Notes: generated by a model from the letters alone, not told the origin. A stretch of DNA of 64,000 nt from Thermoanaerobaculia bacterium (GCA_963664405.1 OY761158.1:3808001-3872000), one strand, 5' to 3'; shown: positions 18,845-29,742, numbered from the stretch's first letter. Translations and numbers: made by a program.

Positions 18845-20602
18845 CTAGCGGCCCCCGCCGGAGGTATTTCGCCGCGCCAGAGTGCTGGCGAGACTCTCTC
18901 CAGCAAGGCCTTGGCCTGTTCCCCGCACCTCGGCCAAAGTGTCGAGCGAGAGCTCTCTGCCGAAGAAGACCTCACCGCTGAGAGTCGATCCATCTTCCGA
19001 CTTCGCCACTACAAAGCTCATAGGCAATCGGGCTCCGCCGGCGCCGGTGATGATGCTTCCGTTGAGGATGATCTCGTTTTGGGTGCGGATTATGTCGGAA
19101 ATACTGGTCGAGAACATGAGCTTTCCCACCAGCATGTAGAGCTCGCCGGGCTCACCTTCGAGCTCAGGCACGACCAAACCCCACTTACCGCCGAAGCCCA
19201 TGCCCTCGACACCCACGAGATAGCCTTCGCGCGGTTCGTGCCGCGCCAGCAGTCGCTCGACCTGAGGCGTCGACGGGACCGGTCGGGTCTTCTTGCCCTT
19301 GGCGTCGATGTAGTCGATGAAGCCGACCAGCATCTCGTGGTTGGTGCCGTCGCCCCATCGGACGTCGACCGTGGAGTCGGGGTTGTCGGGGTTGTCGGCC
19401 GAGTTGTCCCAGCTCGCGTCGACCTTGACCAGGGAGCCTGCCGGGGCGTCGACCGGCTCCCGGAAGCGATAGATATTCTGCCAGTTGTAGTCGTATTTCG
19501 GCACATCGAGAAGCACTTCCTCGCTTCCGTCTGGACGCTCGAGGACGTACTTCATCGACTTGCCGCGATTGTGCATATGCGGCATGAGCGACAGGATCTG
19601 ACTGTCCTGACCGAATAGGTAGACGGCATCGGCGCGATAATCGGCATCGCCGGCGGGAATGTGGATACCGGTGTCGACGGCAAAGGCGGTTGTGATCTCT
19701 TTGGTGATCTCGCCCTCTCCGTAATACACCCCGAGCTTCGAGGCGTCGGTGCCCGAGTTGCCGCTGGGGTGGTAGTGCATATTGAAGGAGAAGAGCTCGT
19801 TTGCCGCCACCGGTTGACCGGTCCCGGTACGAAACTCAGAGGGTGGGCTGCCGGCGACCCAGACTCCGCCGATGCGCGGCGTTTCGACCATGCCGATCGG
19901 GCGGCGGGCGGCTTCGTTGAGGTAGATGGTCTTCTGGATCCCGGCGTTGGAGTACTGCGTCTCTTCTTCGCCGATGCCGAAGGGTCCGAGATAGATGACG
20001 ACGTGGTGGAGAACGTCAGTGTTCCCCGGCAGCAGCTCGATCGCCTGGATCCACTTCCCTTCAGGGACATCCGAGCCGAAGATCTGGGTGAAGAAGAGAT
20101 CGGGTCCGTCGGCGGGCACCTCGACCGGCGCCAGCTCGATCATGTAATCAGGCTCCCGACCCATCTTCCAGCTTCCCGCCGCCGGCAGCTCGGGAGTAGC
20201 GGGCAGGCTGGCGCGGTCTCCTTCTACGGCTCCCTGGGCGACCCAGCGTTCGATGAGGGCGATCTCATCGTCGGCGAGAGAGATGTCGTTCTCGAAGTCG
20301 CCGTAACGACGGTCCGCGTCCCAGGGAGGCATGTCGCGCGCCACGACGGTGCGGGCGATCGACTTGGCCCAGGGGCGAGCGGCCTCGTAGCTCAAGAGCG
20401 ACATGGGAGCGACATCGTTGGGTCGATGACAGGAGATGCAGTGGTCGAAGAAGACAGGTGCGATGTGCTCGCTGAAGGTCACCTGCCGGGGGAGATCTCT
20501 GGTGTTGACGGCCGCGGCTAAGGTCGGCGCGGCGGTTGCGACGAAGGAAATCGCGAAGAAAGGCATCAAGGCCGTTTTGTAAAGGCAGGCGGTTACTCTC
20601 AT
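18845..20602 (-). CDS. Secreted cytochrome c / copper type II monooxygenase-like protein
   Basis: Signal peptide, CISCH heme motif, MPPW, VLHHV, MHYH, PHMH, YDYNWQ, NHEM. Confidence 0.75.
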   Translation of the reverse strand: MRVTACLYKTALMPFFAISFVATAAPTLAAAVNTRDLPRQVTFSEHIAPVFFDHCISCHRPNDVAPMSLLSYEAARPWAKSIARTVVARDMPPWDADRRYGDFENDISLADDEIALIERWVAQGAVEGDRASLPATPELPAAGSWKMGREPDYMIELAPVEVPADGPDLFFTQIFGSDVPEGKWIQAIELLPGNTDVLHHVVIYLGPFGIGEEETQYSNAGIQKTIYLNEAARRPIGMVETPRIGGVWVAGSPPSEFRTGTGQPVAANELFSFNMHYHPSGNSGTDASKLGVYYGEGEITKEITTAFAVDTGIHIPAGDADYRADAVYLFGQDSQILSLMPHMHNRGKSMKYVLERPDGSEEVLLDVPKYDYNWQNIYRFREPVDAPAGSLVKVDASWDNSADNPDNPDSTVDVRWGDGTNHEMLVGFIDYIDAKGKKTRPVPSTPQVERLLARHEPREGYLVGVEGMGFGGKWGLVVPELEGEPGELYMLVGKLMFSTSISDIIRTQNEIILNGSIITGAGGARLPMSFVVAKSEDGSTLSGEVFFGRELSLDTLAEVRGTGQGLAGESLASTLARRNTSGGGR

Positions 20603-20604
20603 TG

Positions 20605-22401
20605 TCAGCTTCTCGGTCGGATCCAGATCGGCGAAGACCAGGCCCGCTCCTGGAGGGTGGTGGCAAGATCCGGGCGCGGATCAACGCCGGCCTTGATTGC
20701 GTCCCAGGTCGACCAGCGGCAGGTCGGGTTTTCGAGCACTCTAACGTAGTAGACCGCCCGCTGGCTGGCGTCGAAGTCTGGATCGCTCCAGACCGCGCTG
20801 AGCTCGCTATCGCCGACACCGCTGGTGATACTGCAATCGGTGATGTCTACTGCCGCGCCGTTATCCGGGCAGCGATGGGTCGTGGGGTCGGGATTGCCTC
20901 CGTCGGAGCAGGCGACGTCGTAGACCATCTCGGAGTTACCGCCATCCTCCTGCCAGCCCTTGATGATCTGGAGACGCTGCAGAGAGGCTCCGGTCGGGTC
21001 TTTGACTGCCCATGCGACGAAGCGTGGCTCTCCGCGCCGTTGCGCCTCGAGATCGCTGCCCATGGCGACTCCGTTCTCGTAGGCCGGCCCGACCCAGTCG
21101 GATCCGAGGTCGAGATCGGCAGGCACCTCATAGCCGGCGAAGAATCGCACCTGCATCCGCGGGCCGCTGGTGGCGAAGGTCTCTTGACGGCGGAAAGCAT
21201 CGAAGATCGATTCTCGAGTGTTCTCCTCGGCCCACACGCCGGTCAGTCCCGACGCCCCCCAGTAGCGGTAGTAGGTCTCCTTATAGGCGGGCTGTTCGCC
21301 TCTGGCGTCCCACGAGAAGGGCACCGATCCCCGATTCTGTGCGATTCCGTCGAGTAGGCCCACCTTCGAGGTGAAGTTTGATTCATCAAAGGATCCGCCG
21401 CCGTTGTGGGTATCCGAGGCGCCGATGATGCCGAAACGGTAGGGATTGACGCCGAGCTGCTGCTCGAGGCGGAGTCCGTTGATGAGGGCTTCCCTCACAT
21501 AGCTGCCGCTGGGGTTGCTGCGCGCATAGCTGGCGATTTGGTAGGGGAAGATCTCGAAGTCCGCCCACTCGTCGTTGGGTGAAAGAAAGGGGTGGGTGGC
21601 GGAGGTTCCTTTGACCTGGGTGATCTCGACCAGGGTCTCGTTGCGGATTCTCTGCTCGGCCCACGCTCGTGTCAGCGGATCGCCGTCGAAGGTCTCGAGA
21701 TCGAACATCTGACCGTTCGAACCGTTGGCGTTGTGGGGTATGGCGAGTAGCTCCATGCCCTGGGCGCGTTGCGCGTCCATCCAGTCCCAGAGGTCTTCGG
21801 GGTTCAGCGAGTCGGCGCGGCTGAAGGGACGATCGGGTGCCTGGCTGCCGTTGAAGATGACGTTGCGGTGCAGGTTTCCTCCGCGGCCGGAGGTGAATTC
21901 GTAAGCGATGAAGGTGGTGAGCATTCCGGGCTTGTTGTGGCGCTCGGCGGCCGCGATCGTTTCGGCCCAAGCCGACTTCACTACTTCGAGGTCGAGGTTG
22001 GCGTTTACTAGCCCGCCACCGGTGCGGAAGGCGCGGATCTTCTCGGGAATGGTCCTGGCTTCGGTTACGAGCTCACGCCCCTCGAGCTTCGACAGAGGAT
22101 GATTCGGGTTCGACATCGCCCGCAGCATGCCGAGGGTGGAGGCGTGGTCTGTGACGGCGTAGAAATCGAGCGGGCGATCGAGCTGCAGCTTGTAGCCGGC
22201 GGGGTGGTCGATCGCCTCGCCGCGAGCGAAGCGGTAGGCATCGTCCGGTGTCGTCAGGGTGCCGAAGATGAAAGCATCGAAGGAAAAGCTGGTGTGAATG
22301 TGGAGATCGCCGAAGAGAGCCCTGCGCTCGCTCTGAGCGCCGAGCGCAGACGAAACGATCAGGGTGGCTGCGACGAGAAGGAAAACTCGAAGGGATCTCA
22401 T
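20605..22401 (-). CDS. DUF3604 (PHP-like metallohydrolase) protein
   Basis: FGDLHIHTSFSFDA, AVTDH, NLHRNVIF, IPHNANGSNG, GASDTH, QERAWSSPIW. Confidence 0.9.
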   Translation of the reverse strand: MRSLRVFLLVAATLIVSSALGAQSERRALFGDLHIHTSFSFDAFIFGTLTTPDDAYRFARGEAIDHPAGYKLQLDRPLDFYAVTDHASTLGMLRAMSNPNHPLSKLEGRELVTEARTIPEKIRAFRTGGGLVNANLDLEVVKSAWAETIAAAERHNKPGMLTTFIAYEFTSGRGGNLHRNVIFNGSQAPDRPFSRADSLNPEDLWDWMDAQRAQGMELLAIPHNANGSNGQMFDLETFDGDPLTRAWAEQRIRNETLVEITQVKGTSATHPFLSPNDEWADFEIFPYQIASYARSNPSGSYVREALINGLRLEQQLGVNPYRFGIIGASDTHNGGGSFDESNFTSKVGLLDGIAQNRGSVPFSWDARGEQPAYKETYYRYWGASGLTGVWAEENTRESIFDAFRRQETFATSGPRMQVRFFAGYEVPADLDLGSDWVGPAYENGVAMGSDLEAQRRGEPRFVAWAVKDPTGASLQRLQIIKGWQEDGGNSEMVYDVACSDGGNPDPTTHRCPDNGAAVDITDCSITSGVGDSELSAVWSDPDFDASQRAVYYVRVLENPTCRWSTWDAIKAGVDPRPDLATTLQERAWSSPIWIRPRS

Positions 22402-22497
22402 GGGCGTCTCCGTTCTGGTCTGAGTACCGGAGATCGCACTTTATCCCAGAGTCCTCAGGGAACCTTGGCTCGGCTGATGGCGAGGCGAGACGCTGGT

Positions 22498-23136
22498 CTA
22501 GTGAGGGGCGCTACCCCAAATCCCCTTCAGCACGCGATCCCTGCCGCAGCCGGTGCGGTAGAGCTTGTAGCGCACAGGGTTCTTCTTGTAATAGTCCTGG
22601 TGATACTCCTCGGCGGCATAGAAGGGTGTCGCCGGGACCAACTGGGTGACTACCGGCTTGTCGAGAACACCGCTCTCTTCGATCTTGCTCAAAGAGGCTT
22701 GGGCGAGCGCCTTCTGCTCTTCGTCGTGAAAGAAGATCGCCGATCGGTATTGCGGCCCACGGTCACAGAATTGGCGATTGGCGGTGGTGGGATCGATGTT
22801 CCTCCAGAAGACTTCCAGAAGCTCGCCATAGCTGACCTTGGTCGGGTCGTAGCGGATCTCCACGGCCTCTGCGTGCCCTGTTCGCCCCGATGAGACCTGC
22901 TCGTAGGTCGGGTTCTTCTCCGGCCCGCCGACATAGCCCGAGGTGGTTGAGAACACTCCGTCGATAGCGTCGAAGGGAGGCTCCATGCACCAGAAGCAGC
23001 CACCGGCAAAGGTGGCCGTGGCGGCGCCTTCGGCATTCGCAGCCGATTTCGGGTCGTTACTGTTTCGCGGAGCCGCTGCGATCAAGACCGCGCCGAGGAG
23101 AACGATGGCTAAGACGACAATGATGCTTGTTCTCAT
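22498..23136 (-). CDS. msrA: Peptide-methionine (S)-S-oxide reductase, secreted
   Basis: FAGGCFWCME, GHAEAV, AEEYHQDYY; N-terminal signal peptide. Confidence 0.95.
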   Translation of the reverse strand: MRTSIIVVLAIVLLGAVLIAAAPRNSNDPKSAANAEGAATATFAGGCFWCMEPPFDAIDGVFSTTSGYVGGPEKNPTYEQVSSGRTGHAEAVEIRYDPTKVSYGELLEVFWRNIDPTTANRQFCDRGPQYRSAIFFHDEEQKALAQASLSKIEESGVLDKPVVTQLVPATPFYAAEEYHQDYYKKNPVRYKLYRTGCGRDRVLKGIWGSAPH

Positions 23137-23230
23137 GGTGTTCCTCTCTTTCTCGATGACTATAGTGCTTGTCAGTGCTTGTTGGTTCTTTTCGCTCCCA
23201 AGTCGGGTTCCCGAGAGCCTCTAGATCTTG

Positions 23231-23256
23231 GATGCAGCCGGGTCCCCATAGGTTTC
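23231..23256 (-). promoter_or_regulatory. Putative ECF sigma promoter for msrA (GAAAC-N16-GCATC)
   Basis: The - strand reads GAAAC ctatggggacccggct GCATC; same motif and spacing as upstream of msrB. Confidence 0.65.
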
Positions 23257-23281
23257 GTGGGGCCCGTAGTAATGTGAGCTG

Positions 23282-23866
23282 ATGTCGGAAGGGGATCTCG
23301 TCGCTCGCGTACGAAGCGGCGACGCCGAGGCTGCATCCGAGCTCGTTTTGAGGCATGGCGGCCGGATGCTGGCGGTGGCGCGGCGTATCCTGCACAATGA
23401 GGAGGATGCCCGAGACGCGGTCCAGGATGCCTTCCTCAGCGCTTTCAGGGCACTCGGAAGCTTTCGCGCCGGTTCTCGACTGTCGACTTGGCTCCATCGG
23501 ATCACGGTCAACGCCTCGCTGATGCGGATCCGCCGTGCCGCCTCCCGCCCGGAAGAGCCGATTGAGGATTTTCTTCCCAGCTTTCTCGACGATGGGCACC
23601 GAGCCTCTCCCGGCGACGCCTGGGGGGAGCGCGCCGACCGCCTTCTCGAGCGCAAGGAAGCCTGCGAAGGCGTGCGTCGCGCGATCGACCGATTGCCTGA
23701 GAGCTATCGTTTGGTTCTCCTCGCCCGAGACATCGAAGGGCTCTCCGGTTCCGAAGTGGCAGAGGCCCTTGGGATTAGTACGAATGCTGTCAAGATCCGT
23801 CTTCATCGGGCTCGGCAGGCTCTGCGAGAGCTTCTCGATGCCCGAGTACGAGAGGTAGAGCCATGA
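23282..23866 (+). CDS. ECF sigma-70 factor
   Basis: DARDAVQDAFL, STWLHRITVN, EVAEALG..VKIRLHRAR. Confidence 0.95.
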   Translation: MSEGDLVARVRSGDAEAASELVLRHGGRMLAVARRILHNEEDARDAVQDAFLSAFRALGSFRAGSRLSTWLHRITVNASLMRIRRAASRPEEPIEDFLPSFLDDGHRASPGDAWGERADRLLERKEACEGVRRAIDRLPESYRLVLLARDIEGLSGSEVAEALGISTNAVKIRLHRARQALRELLDARVREVEP

Positions 23867-24120
23867 GCGCGCGGTTGACTTGCAGAGAGCTGATCGATTT
23901 CATTGTCGACTTCTTCGACGGCCGACTGCCTCCAGCCCAAAATGCCCACTTCGAGAGCCATCTCGAAGTCTGCCCGGACTGCGTCAACTATCTGGACAGC
24001 TACACTCAGACGGTGCGTATTGCCAAGGAAGCCTTTGGCCAGGAAGAGGATGCGGTCACGGCGGGTGTGCCGGAAGAGCTGGTGACGGCTGTTCTTCGGG
24101 CGAGGGTGCCTGGCTCTTGA
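23863..24120 (+). CDS. Zinc-binding (zf-HC2/ZAS) anti-sigma factor, soluble
   Basis: LTC..., HLEVCPDC (HxxxCxxC); ATGA overlap with the sigma gene. Confidence 0.9.
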   Translation: MSARLTCRELIDFIVDFFDGRLPPAQNAHFESHLEVCPDCVNYLDSYTQTVRIAKEAFGQEEDAVTAGVPEELVTAVLRARVPGS

Positions 24121-24144
24121 AACCCCCGGCCGCCCCGGCGCATC
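24119..24144 (+). promoter_or_regulatory. Putative ECF sigma promoter for msrB (GAAAC-N16-GCATC)
   Basis: GAAAC ccccggccgccccggc GCATC, ~50 bp before the msrB start. Confidence 0.65.
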
Positions 24145-24192
24145 AGAGTAGGTGAAGGCACTCCAATGACTCTCGACACAAGGAACATCACT

Positions 24193-24747
24193 ATGAAGAA
24201 AGTACTTGTACTAGCGGGCCTCTTGGCGGGCGCTACTTGGTTTTGGACTTCTCCTCAGACCCAGGCTGCCGATCGAAGGGGGGGCTCCGGCGGGGGTGAG
24301 TTCACCAGACCGAGTGACGACGTCTTGCGCGAGAAACTGACCCCCATCCAGTATCAAGTTACGCAGAAAGACGGCACCGAGCGCCCCTTTGCTAATGAAT
24401 ACTGGGACAACAAAGAAGCCGGCATCTATGTCGACGTCGTCAGCGGCGAGCCTCTGTTCAGCTCGACCGAGAAGTACAAATCCGGCACCGGCTGGCCTTC
24501 GTTCTGGGCTCCGCTCGACAAGAGTAATATCGTCGAGAAAAAGGACCGAACCCTCTTCATGGTGCGAACCGAAGTGCGCTCGAAGCACGGCGACTCACAT
24601 TTGGGCCACCTCTTTGACGACGGCCCCAAGCCAACGGGACTGCGGTATTGCATGAACTCGGCAAGCCTCCGCTTCGTCCCTGTTGAGAAGCTCGAGTCGG
24701 AGGGCTACACAGAGTGGCTTCACCTCTTTGGCGACGAGGGAGACTAG
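24193..24747 (+). CDS. msrB: Peptide-methionine (R)-S-oxide reductase, secreted
   Basis: [30 protein letters not shown]; signal peptide; no zinc CxxC motifs. Confidence 0.95.
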   Translation: MKKVLVLAGLLAGATWFWTSPQTQAADRRGGSGGGEFTRPSDDVLREKLTPIQYQVTQKDGTERPFANEYWDNKEAGIYVDVVSGEPLFSSTEKYKSGTGWPSFWAPLDKSNIVEKKDRTLFMVRTEVRSKHGDSHLGHLFDDGPKPTGLRYCMNSASLRFVPVEKLESEGYTEWLHLFGDEGD

Positions 24748-24823
24748 GGACCTCGCGTCCCCAGCCTTACGCCGTCTCGAGCCGTATGTCGATGTGACAT
24801 GAAGTAGAATCGTCTGGACGCTG

Positions 24824-25771
24824 ATGCGCTGTGCGACGACCCTCTTTCTTGTCCTGGTAATCCCCGCTTGGCTGGGAGCGCAGGAGGACTGCGCCGACGG
24901 TCTGGTCTACGACGACGGCACTTTCGAGAACGGATATGGTGCCAGTTTGGAGCAGGGGGATACGGCCTCCGAGTACGTGATGCGCATCGACCCGCCGCCC
25001 AACGCGCGCGGCCTGGAGAAGATCTGCGTCTGTTGGACCAAGAATGGCGCGGATTCGAGCGTGGTTTTCGATCTGAACTTCTACGCGGTCGCCCAGGATG
25101 GCACCCCGGGAGCCCTTTTGGCATCGCACTCTACTGCTGCCTTCGGAGTGCCGAGCTTCAGCGGCCACCGTTTCTACGCCTACGACTTGAGAGCCCTGCT
25201 TCTGCCCGCCGATGAGCCCTTGTTCATCGGGCCCTCCTGGGATCCGGGGCTGGACGAGCGTTTGTTCATCTGTGCTGACGAGGACGGCCCCTCGAGCCAG
25301 ACCGGCTACCACACCAAGGACATAGCGACCGGGGGGCCAGACCGGAAGTTGGGCGAGGTTGATGCCTGGGTGGACTATAGGAATCTGGGTGTTCGCGCGC
25401 TCTACGACGTGACCTGCTTCGCCGGAGCCGAGACCCTCTGTCTCAACGACAATCGATTCAAGGTGGAGCTCGAGTGGAGTCGACCCAACGGTAGTGAGGG
25501 CCGAGGCCAGGCGGTGAGCGTGGAGGGGCGGGAGGACTCCGGCCTGTTCTGGTTCTTCGACGAGGGGAATCTGGAGATGCTGGTCAAGGTGCTTGATGCC
25601 TGCGGCAGCAGCTTCGACAGCTACTGGGTGTTTTACGCCGCCACCACCAACGTCTACTTCAAACTGACGATCACCGACACCGTAACCGACGTGGTCAAGA
25701 TCTACGAGAATCCGTTGGGCATGGCCGCGACGCCGGTACAGGACACCCAGGCTTTCAAGACCTGTTCGTAG
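24824..25771 (+). CDS. Secreted hypothetical protein with lineage-typical C-terminal domain
   Basis: Signal peptide, YDDGTFE, LCLNDNRF...GLFWFFDEGNLEMLVKVLDAC...YWVFYAATTNV. Confidence 0.75.
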   Translation: MRCATTLFLVLVIPAWLGAQEDCADGLVYDDGTFENGYGASLEQGDTASEYVMRIDPPPNARGLEKICVCWTKNGADSSVVFDLNFYAVAQDGTPGALLASHSTAAFGVPSFSGHRFYAYDLRALLLPADEPLFIGPSWDPGLDERLFICADEDGPSSQTGYHTKDIATGGPDRKLGEVDAWVDYRNLGVRALYDVTCFAGAETLCLNDNRFKVELEWSRPNGSEGRGQAVSVEGREDSGLFWFFDEGNLEMLVKVLDACGSSFDSYWVFYAATTNVYFKLTITDTVTDVVKIYENPLGMAATPVQDTQAFKTCS

Positions 25772-25791
25772 CGCCGGAGGTTCCGGAGCCG

Positions 25792-27801
25792 TCACTTCCC
25801 GAGACGAGTGCGAACCTTTTCAGCGACGCTTTCCCCGGTGAAGCCGAAGTGCTCTGCGAGATCCGCTGTCGGCGCGGAAGCACCGAAGCCCTCCTGCGCG
25901 ATGATCTGGCCGTTGTCACCGACCCATCGCTCCCAGCCCATGGGCGATGCCGCTTCGATGGCGACGCGCGGGCACTCTCCTGGTAGTAGCACCTGTTCGC
26001 GATACTCGGACCTCTGCTTCCCGAAGAGCTCCCAAGACGGGAGGCTCACCACTCGGGCCTGGACCCCATCTGCTTCGAGGAGCGCCTGGGCTTGGATGGC
26101 GATGTGGACCTCCGATCCTGTGGCGATCAAGGTCACCTCCGGGTCGGCGGCGGCTTCGGCCACGACATAGCCGCCTTGCGGCACACCCCGCTCCGCGGCG
26201 CCGTCTCCTGTGCCAGCCAGCACTGGGATCTTCTGACGGGTGAGCACCAGCGCGGTGGGGCCCGAGATGTTGTCGAGCGCGGCCTGCCACGCGGCGACCG
26301 TTTCGTTTGCGTCGGCGGGTCGAAGCACGGTCAGCCCCGGAATCGATCGCAGCGACACGAGCTGACTGATCGGCTGGTGAGTCGGGCCGTCTTCGCCGAG
26401 CAGTACCGAGTCATGGGTGAAAACGTAGATGACCGGTAGCCCCATCAGCGCAGCTAAACGGATCGATGGGCGCATGTAGTCCGAGAAGATCAGGAAGGTG
26501 CCCCCATAGGGGCGCAGCAAGCCGGAGAGGGCCATGCCGTTGAGAATGGCTCCCATCCCATGCTCTCGGATACCGAAGCGCAGATTTCTACCGCTGCGTG
26601 CCTGAGCCGAGAAGTCCGGAGATCCCTTGATCAGAGTGTTGTTGGATCCAGTGAGATCGGCGGAGCCACCGACAAGCTCGGGAATCGCGCCGGCGACGGC
26701 ATTGAGGACAGCACCGGATGCCGCACGGGTAGCGACCGGCGGGTCGTTGCTTCCGGGCTGCCGGATCTGCGAACGCCAGCCCTGCGGCAGCTGCGCGCCG
26801 CGCCGTCGCTCCAGTTCGGCGGCCAACTCGGGATGAGCGCCTTGGTAGGACGTCCACATCTCTTCCCACTGACTACGGAGGCTCTTGCCTCTGCTTGCCG
26901 CCTCCGCGAATGGGATGCGGGCCTCGTCAGGGACCAGGAACTCCGGCTGCAGCGGCCAGCCCAGGTTCTCCTTCGTCGCTTTCACCTCATCGCCGCCCAG
27001 CGCCTCACCGTGGGCTCCGGAAGTGTCCTGCTTGTTGGGGCTGCCGAAACCGATGTGGGTACGGACCAGGATCAGGGATGGGCGCGCGACTTCAGCGATC
27101 GCGGCTTCGGTGGCAGAGCCGAGGGCTTCGAGATCGTTGCCGTCGTCCACCACCAGGGTGTGCCAGCCATAGGCTCTGTAGCGAGCTACGACATCCTCGG
27201 AGAAGGTGAGCGATGTTTTGCCGTCGATGGTGATCTCGTTGGCGTCGTAGAAGACATTCAGCTTTCCCAGCGCCTGATGCCCGGCGAACGAGCTGGCCTC
27301 CGATGCCACCCCCTCCATGATGTCTCCATCGCTGGCGACGACCCAGGTGCGATAGTCGAAGAGAGGGAAACCCTCGCGATTGAAGCGATCGCCAAGCATC
27401 TGCTCGGCGAGGGCGATACCGACGGCGTTGCCGAGACCCTGCCCGAGCGGGCCGGTAGTGGTTTCGACGCCGGCCGTATGCCCGCGCTCCGGGTGCCCCG
27501 GGGTCTTCGAGCCCAGCTGTCGGAAGGCGCGTAGCTCGTCCAGGCTCAGACCATACCCGGCGAGGTGTAGCAGTGCATATAGAAGAGCCGAGGCGTGACC
27601 GCAAGAGAGCACGAAACGATCGCGGTTGAGCCACTCGGGTGCGGTGGGGTCGAAGCGGAGATGCTGCGTCCAGAGTTGGTAGGCGAGCGGTGCCTGGGCC
27701 ATCGGGGCACCAGGGTGGCCGCAGCCAGCGGCCTCCACCATGTCGACTGCCAGGAAGCGGATGGTGTCGATCGCGGCGCGCGCCGCCTTTACCTGTTGCA
27801 A
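25792..27801 (-). CDS. tkt: Transketolase
   Basis: [42 protein letters not shown]; GGAGG before a TTG start. Confidence 0.97.
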   Translation of the reverse strand: MQQVKAARAAIDTIRFLAVDMVEAAGCGHPGAPMAQAPLAYQLWTQHLRFDPTAPEWLNRDRFVLSCGHASALLYALLHLAGYGLSLDELRAFRQLGSKTPGHPERGHTAGVETTTGPLGQGLGNAVGIALAEQMLGDRFNREGFPLFDYRTWVVASDGDIMEGVASEASSFAGHQALGKLNVFYDANEITIDGKTSLTFSEDVVARYRAYGWHTLVVDDGNDLEALGSATEAAIAEVARPSLILVRTHIGFGSPNKQDTSGAHGEALGGDEVKATKENLGWPLQPEFLVPDEARIPFAEAASRGKSLRSQWEEMWTSYQGAHPELAAELERRRGAQLPQGWRSQIRQPGSNDPPVATRAASGAVLNAVAGAIPELVGGSADLTGSNNTLIKGSPDFSAQARSGRNLRFGIREHGMGAILNGMALSGLLRPYGGTFLIFSDYMRPSIRLAALMGLPVIYVFTHDSVLLGEDGPTHQPISQLVSLRSIPGLTVLRPADANETVAAWQAALDNISGPTALVLTRQKIPVLAGTGDGAAERGVPQGGYVVAEAAADPEVTLIATGSEVHIAIQAQALLEADGVQARVVSLPSWELFGKQRSEYREQVLLPGECPRVAIEAASPMGWERWVGDNGQIIAQEGFGASAPTADLAEHFGFTGESVAEKVRTRLGK

Positions 27802-27943
27802 GAGCCGTGACCTCCCCGATAAAAACGCTGAGCTCGCGAGACGCGCCGAGTTTAACCTGTGGAAGCTGAATTGCCAGGGGGTCTGGAGATGAAAACAGTC
27901 CCGGCTCTCCGCGGCCCGTGTAGAATGCCCCGTCGACGCCTCC

Positions 27944-28035
<92 letters not shown>

Positions 28036-28053
28036 GAACACTCGAGAATCCAA

Positions 28054-29505
28054 GTGAGCACGGATCCACAGCAGTCGGTACGGGTGCGTTTTGCTCCATC
28101 GCCGACCGGATACCTCCACGTAGGCGGCGCTCGCACCGCGATCTACAACTTTCTTCTGTGCCGGAACACCGGCGGCGAGCTGATTCTTCGCATTGAAGAT
28201 ACCGACCGAGCACGCTCGGATCCGGCGATGACCCGCCAGATCCAGGATGCGATGACCTGGCTTGGCATCACTTGGGACGAGGGGCCGCATCTGCAGAGCG
28301 ACAATGTCGAGCGGCACGTCGCCAGAGCCCATGAGCTGCAGGAGAAGGGGCAGGCCTACCCGTGCTTCTGCTCGTCGGCGAAGCTGGACGGAATGCGCGA
28401 AGAGGCGCGCAAGAGGGGCGACGGTTTTCTCTACCCTCGCACCTGTCTGGAGCTCCCCGAAGACGAGGTGGAGCGGCGACTGGCAAGTGGCGAGCCGCAC
28501 ATCGTCCGCTTCTTGATGCCGCGCGAGAACACGCGCTTCAACGATCTCATTCGTGGTGAGATGGACGTGCCGCCCGACGCGCTCGACGACTTCATCCTGG
28601 TGCGCTCGGATCGCTCTCCCACCTATCACTTGAGCGTTGTCTGCGACGACATCGACATGGGTGTCACCCATGTGGTGCGAGGCGAGGATCACCTCTCGAA
28701 TACCCCGAAGCATCTCCGCCTCTTCGAGGCGATGGGAGCGCCGGTGCCCCTCTTCGCGCATCTGCCTTTGATCCTCGGGCCTGATCGCAAGCGCCTTTCC
28801 AAACGTGTGGGGGCGACTTCTGTGGAGGAGTTTCGCGCCCAGGGTATTTTGCCTCAGGCCCTCTTCAACTATCTTGCTTTGCTGAGCTGGACGCCCCCTG
28901 GAGAAGAGGAAGTTCTTTCCGTCGACGAGGCGATCTCGCTCTTTTCGCTCGACCGCCTCAGTCCGTCGGCGGCGATCTTCGACGCCGACAAGCTGGCCTG
29001 GTTCAACGGCAAGTATCTTTCGACCCTTCCCCTCGACCGGGTGCTCCACCCTCTGCGGCCTTTTCTCGACGACCTCGGGCTCCGGTCGGTGGACGAGAGT
29101 CAGCTGGAGAAAGCGGTCGACCTGCACCGCACGCGACCCAAAACCCTGGTCGACCTCGCCCAGTCGGTACGTCCCTATTTCGTAGACGAGCTCGAGTACG
29201 ACGAGGAGCTGTGCAGCGGATTCCACGAGCAGCCCGAGCTTCGTGGTTATCTCGGCGCGCTCAAGGGGCGCTTCGCGCAAGTCGCGGAATGGGAGAGTGA
29301 AGCCTTGGAGGGGGCGCTCCGCGACCTGGCGACGGAAAAAGAAGTCAAAGCCGGAGTCCTCATCCATCCGACTCGAATGGCGTTGACCGCCGCCAAGGCC
29401 GGGCCGAGCCTCTTCGAAGTCGTCGAGGCGATGGGGAAGGAAGCGACTTTTCGCCACCTCAACAATTTCATGGCCTATCTTCACGCAGGATCGGCTGGAT
29501 CCTAG
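28054..29505 (+). CDS. gltX: Glutamate--tRNA ligase
   Basis: RFAPSPTGYLHVGG, RIEDTD, RGEDHLSNTPKH, RLSKR. Confidence 0.97.
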   Translation: MSTDPQQSVRVRFAPSPTGYLHVGGARTAIYNFLLCRNTGGELILRIEDTDRARSDPAMTRQIQDAMTWLGITWDEGPHLQSDNVERHVARAHELQEKGQAYPCFCSSAKLDGMREEARKRGDGFLYPRTCLELPEDEVERRLASGEPHIVRFLMPRENTRFNDLIRGEMDVPPDALDDFILVRSDRSPTYHLSVVCDDIDMGVTHVVRGEDHLSNTPKHLRLFEAMGAPVPLFAHLPLILGPDRKRLSKRVGATSVEEFRAQGILPQALFNYLALLSWTPPGEEEVLSVDEAISLFSLDRLSPSAAIFDADKLAWFNGKYLSTLPLDRVLHPLRPFLDDLGLRSVDESQLEKAVDLHRTRPKTLVDLAQSVRPYFVDELEYDEELCSGFHEQPELRGYLGALKGRFAQVAEWESEALEGALRDLATEKEVKAGVLIHPTRMALTAAKAGPSLFEVVEAMGKEATFRHLNNFMAYLHAGSAGS

Positions 29506-29667
29506 ACCAGCGTTTCCAAAGTTCGTGTACATAGGTCGAGGTCATTCTGTTCGCTGGCCAGGCGCGCCGACGCAGGCATATTGGGCAATATGTCGAGGAG
29601 GCGAAACGCCGTCAGCGGGCAGAAGGGGCCGAGATATGTGCGCGAACTTTGGAAAACGCTGGTCTAG
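29502..29667. repeat. ~165-bp MITE-like palindromic element, copy 1
   Basis: Terminal IRs CTAGACCAGCGTTTCCAAAGTTCG / CGAACTTTGGAAAACGCTGGTCTAG; central GCATATTGGGCAATATG hairpin. Confidence 0.9.
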
Positions 29668-29700
29668 GAGCTTGCGGGCCAAGACTCAGGATTCGTCGTC

Positions 29701-29730
29701 TTGACCCCTGCGGGGTCGAGCCGATAACGT
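29701..29730 (+). promoter_or_regulatory. Sigma70-type promoter for tRNA-Gln
   Basis: TTGACC-N18-TAACGT ending 12 bp before the tRNA. Confidence 0.5.
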
Positions 29731-29742
29731 GCGAAGCCGCGT

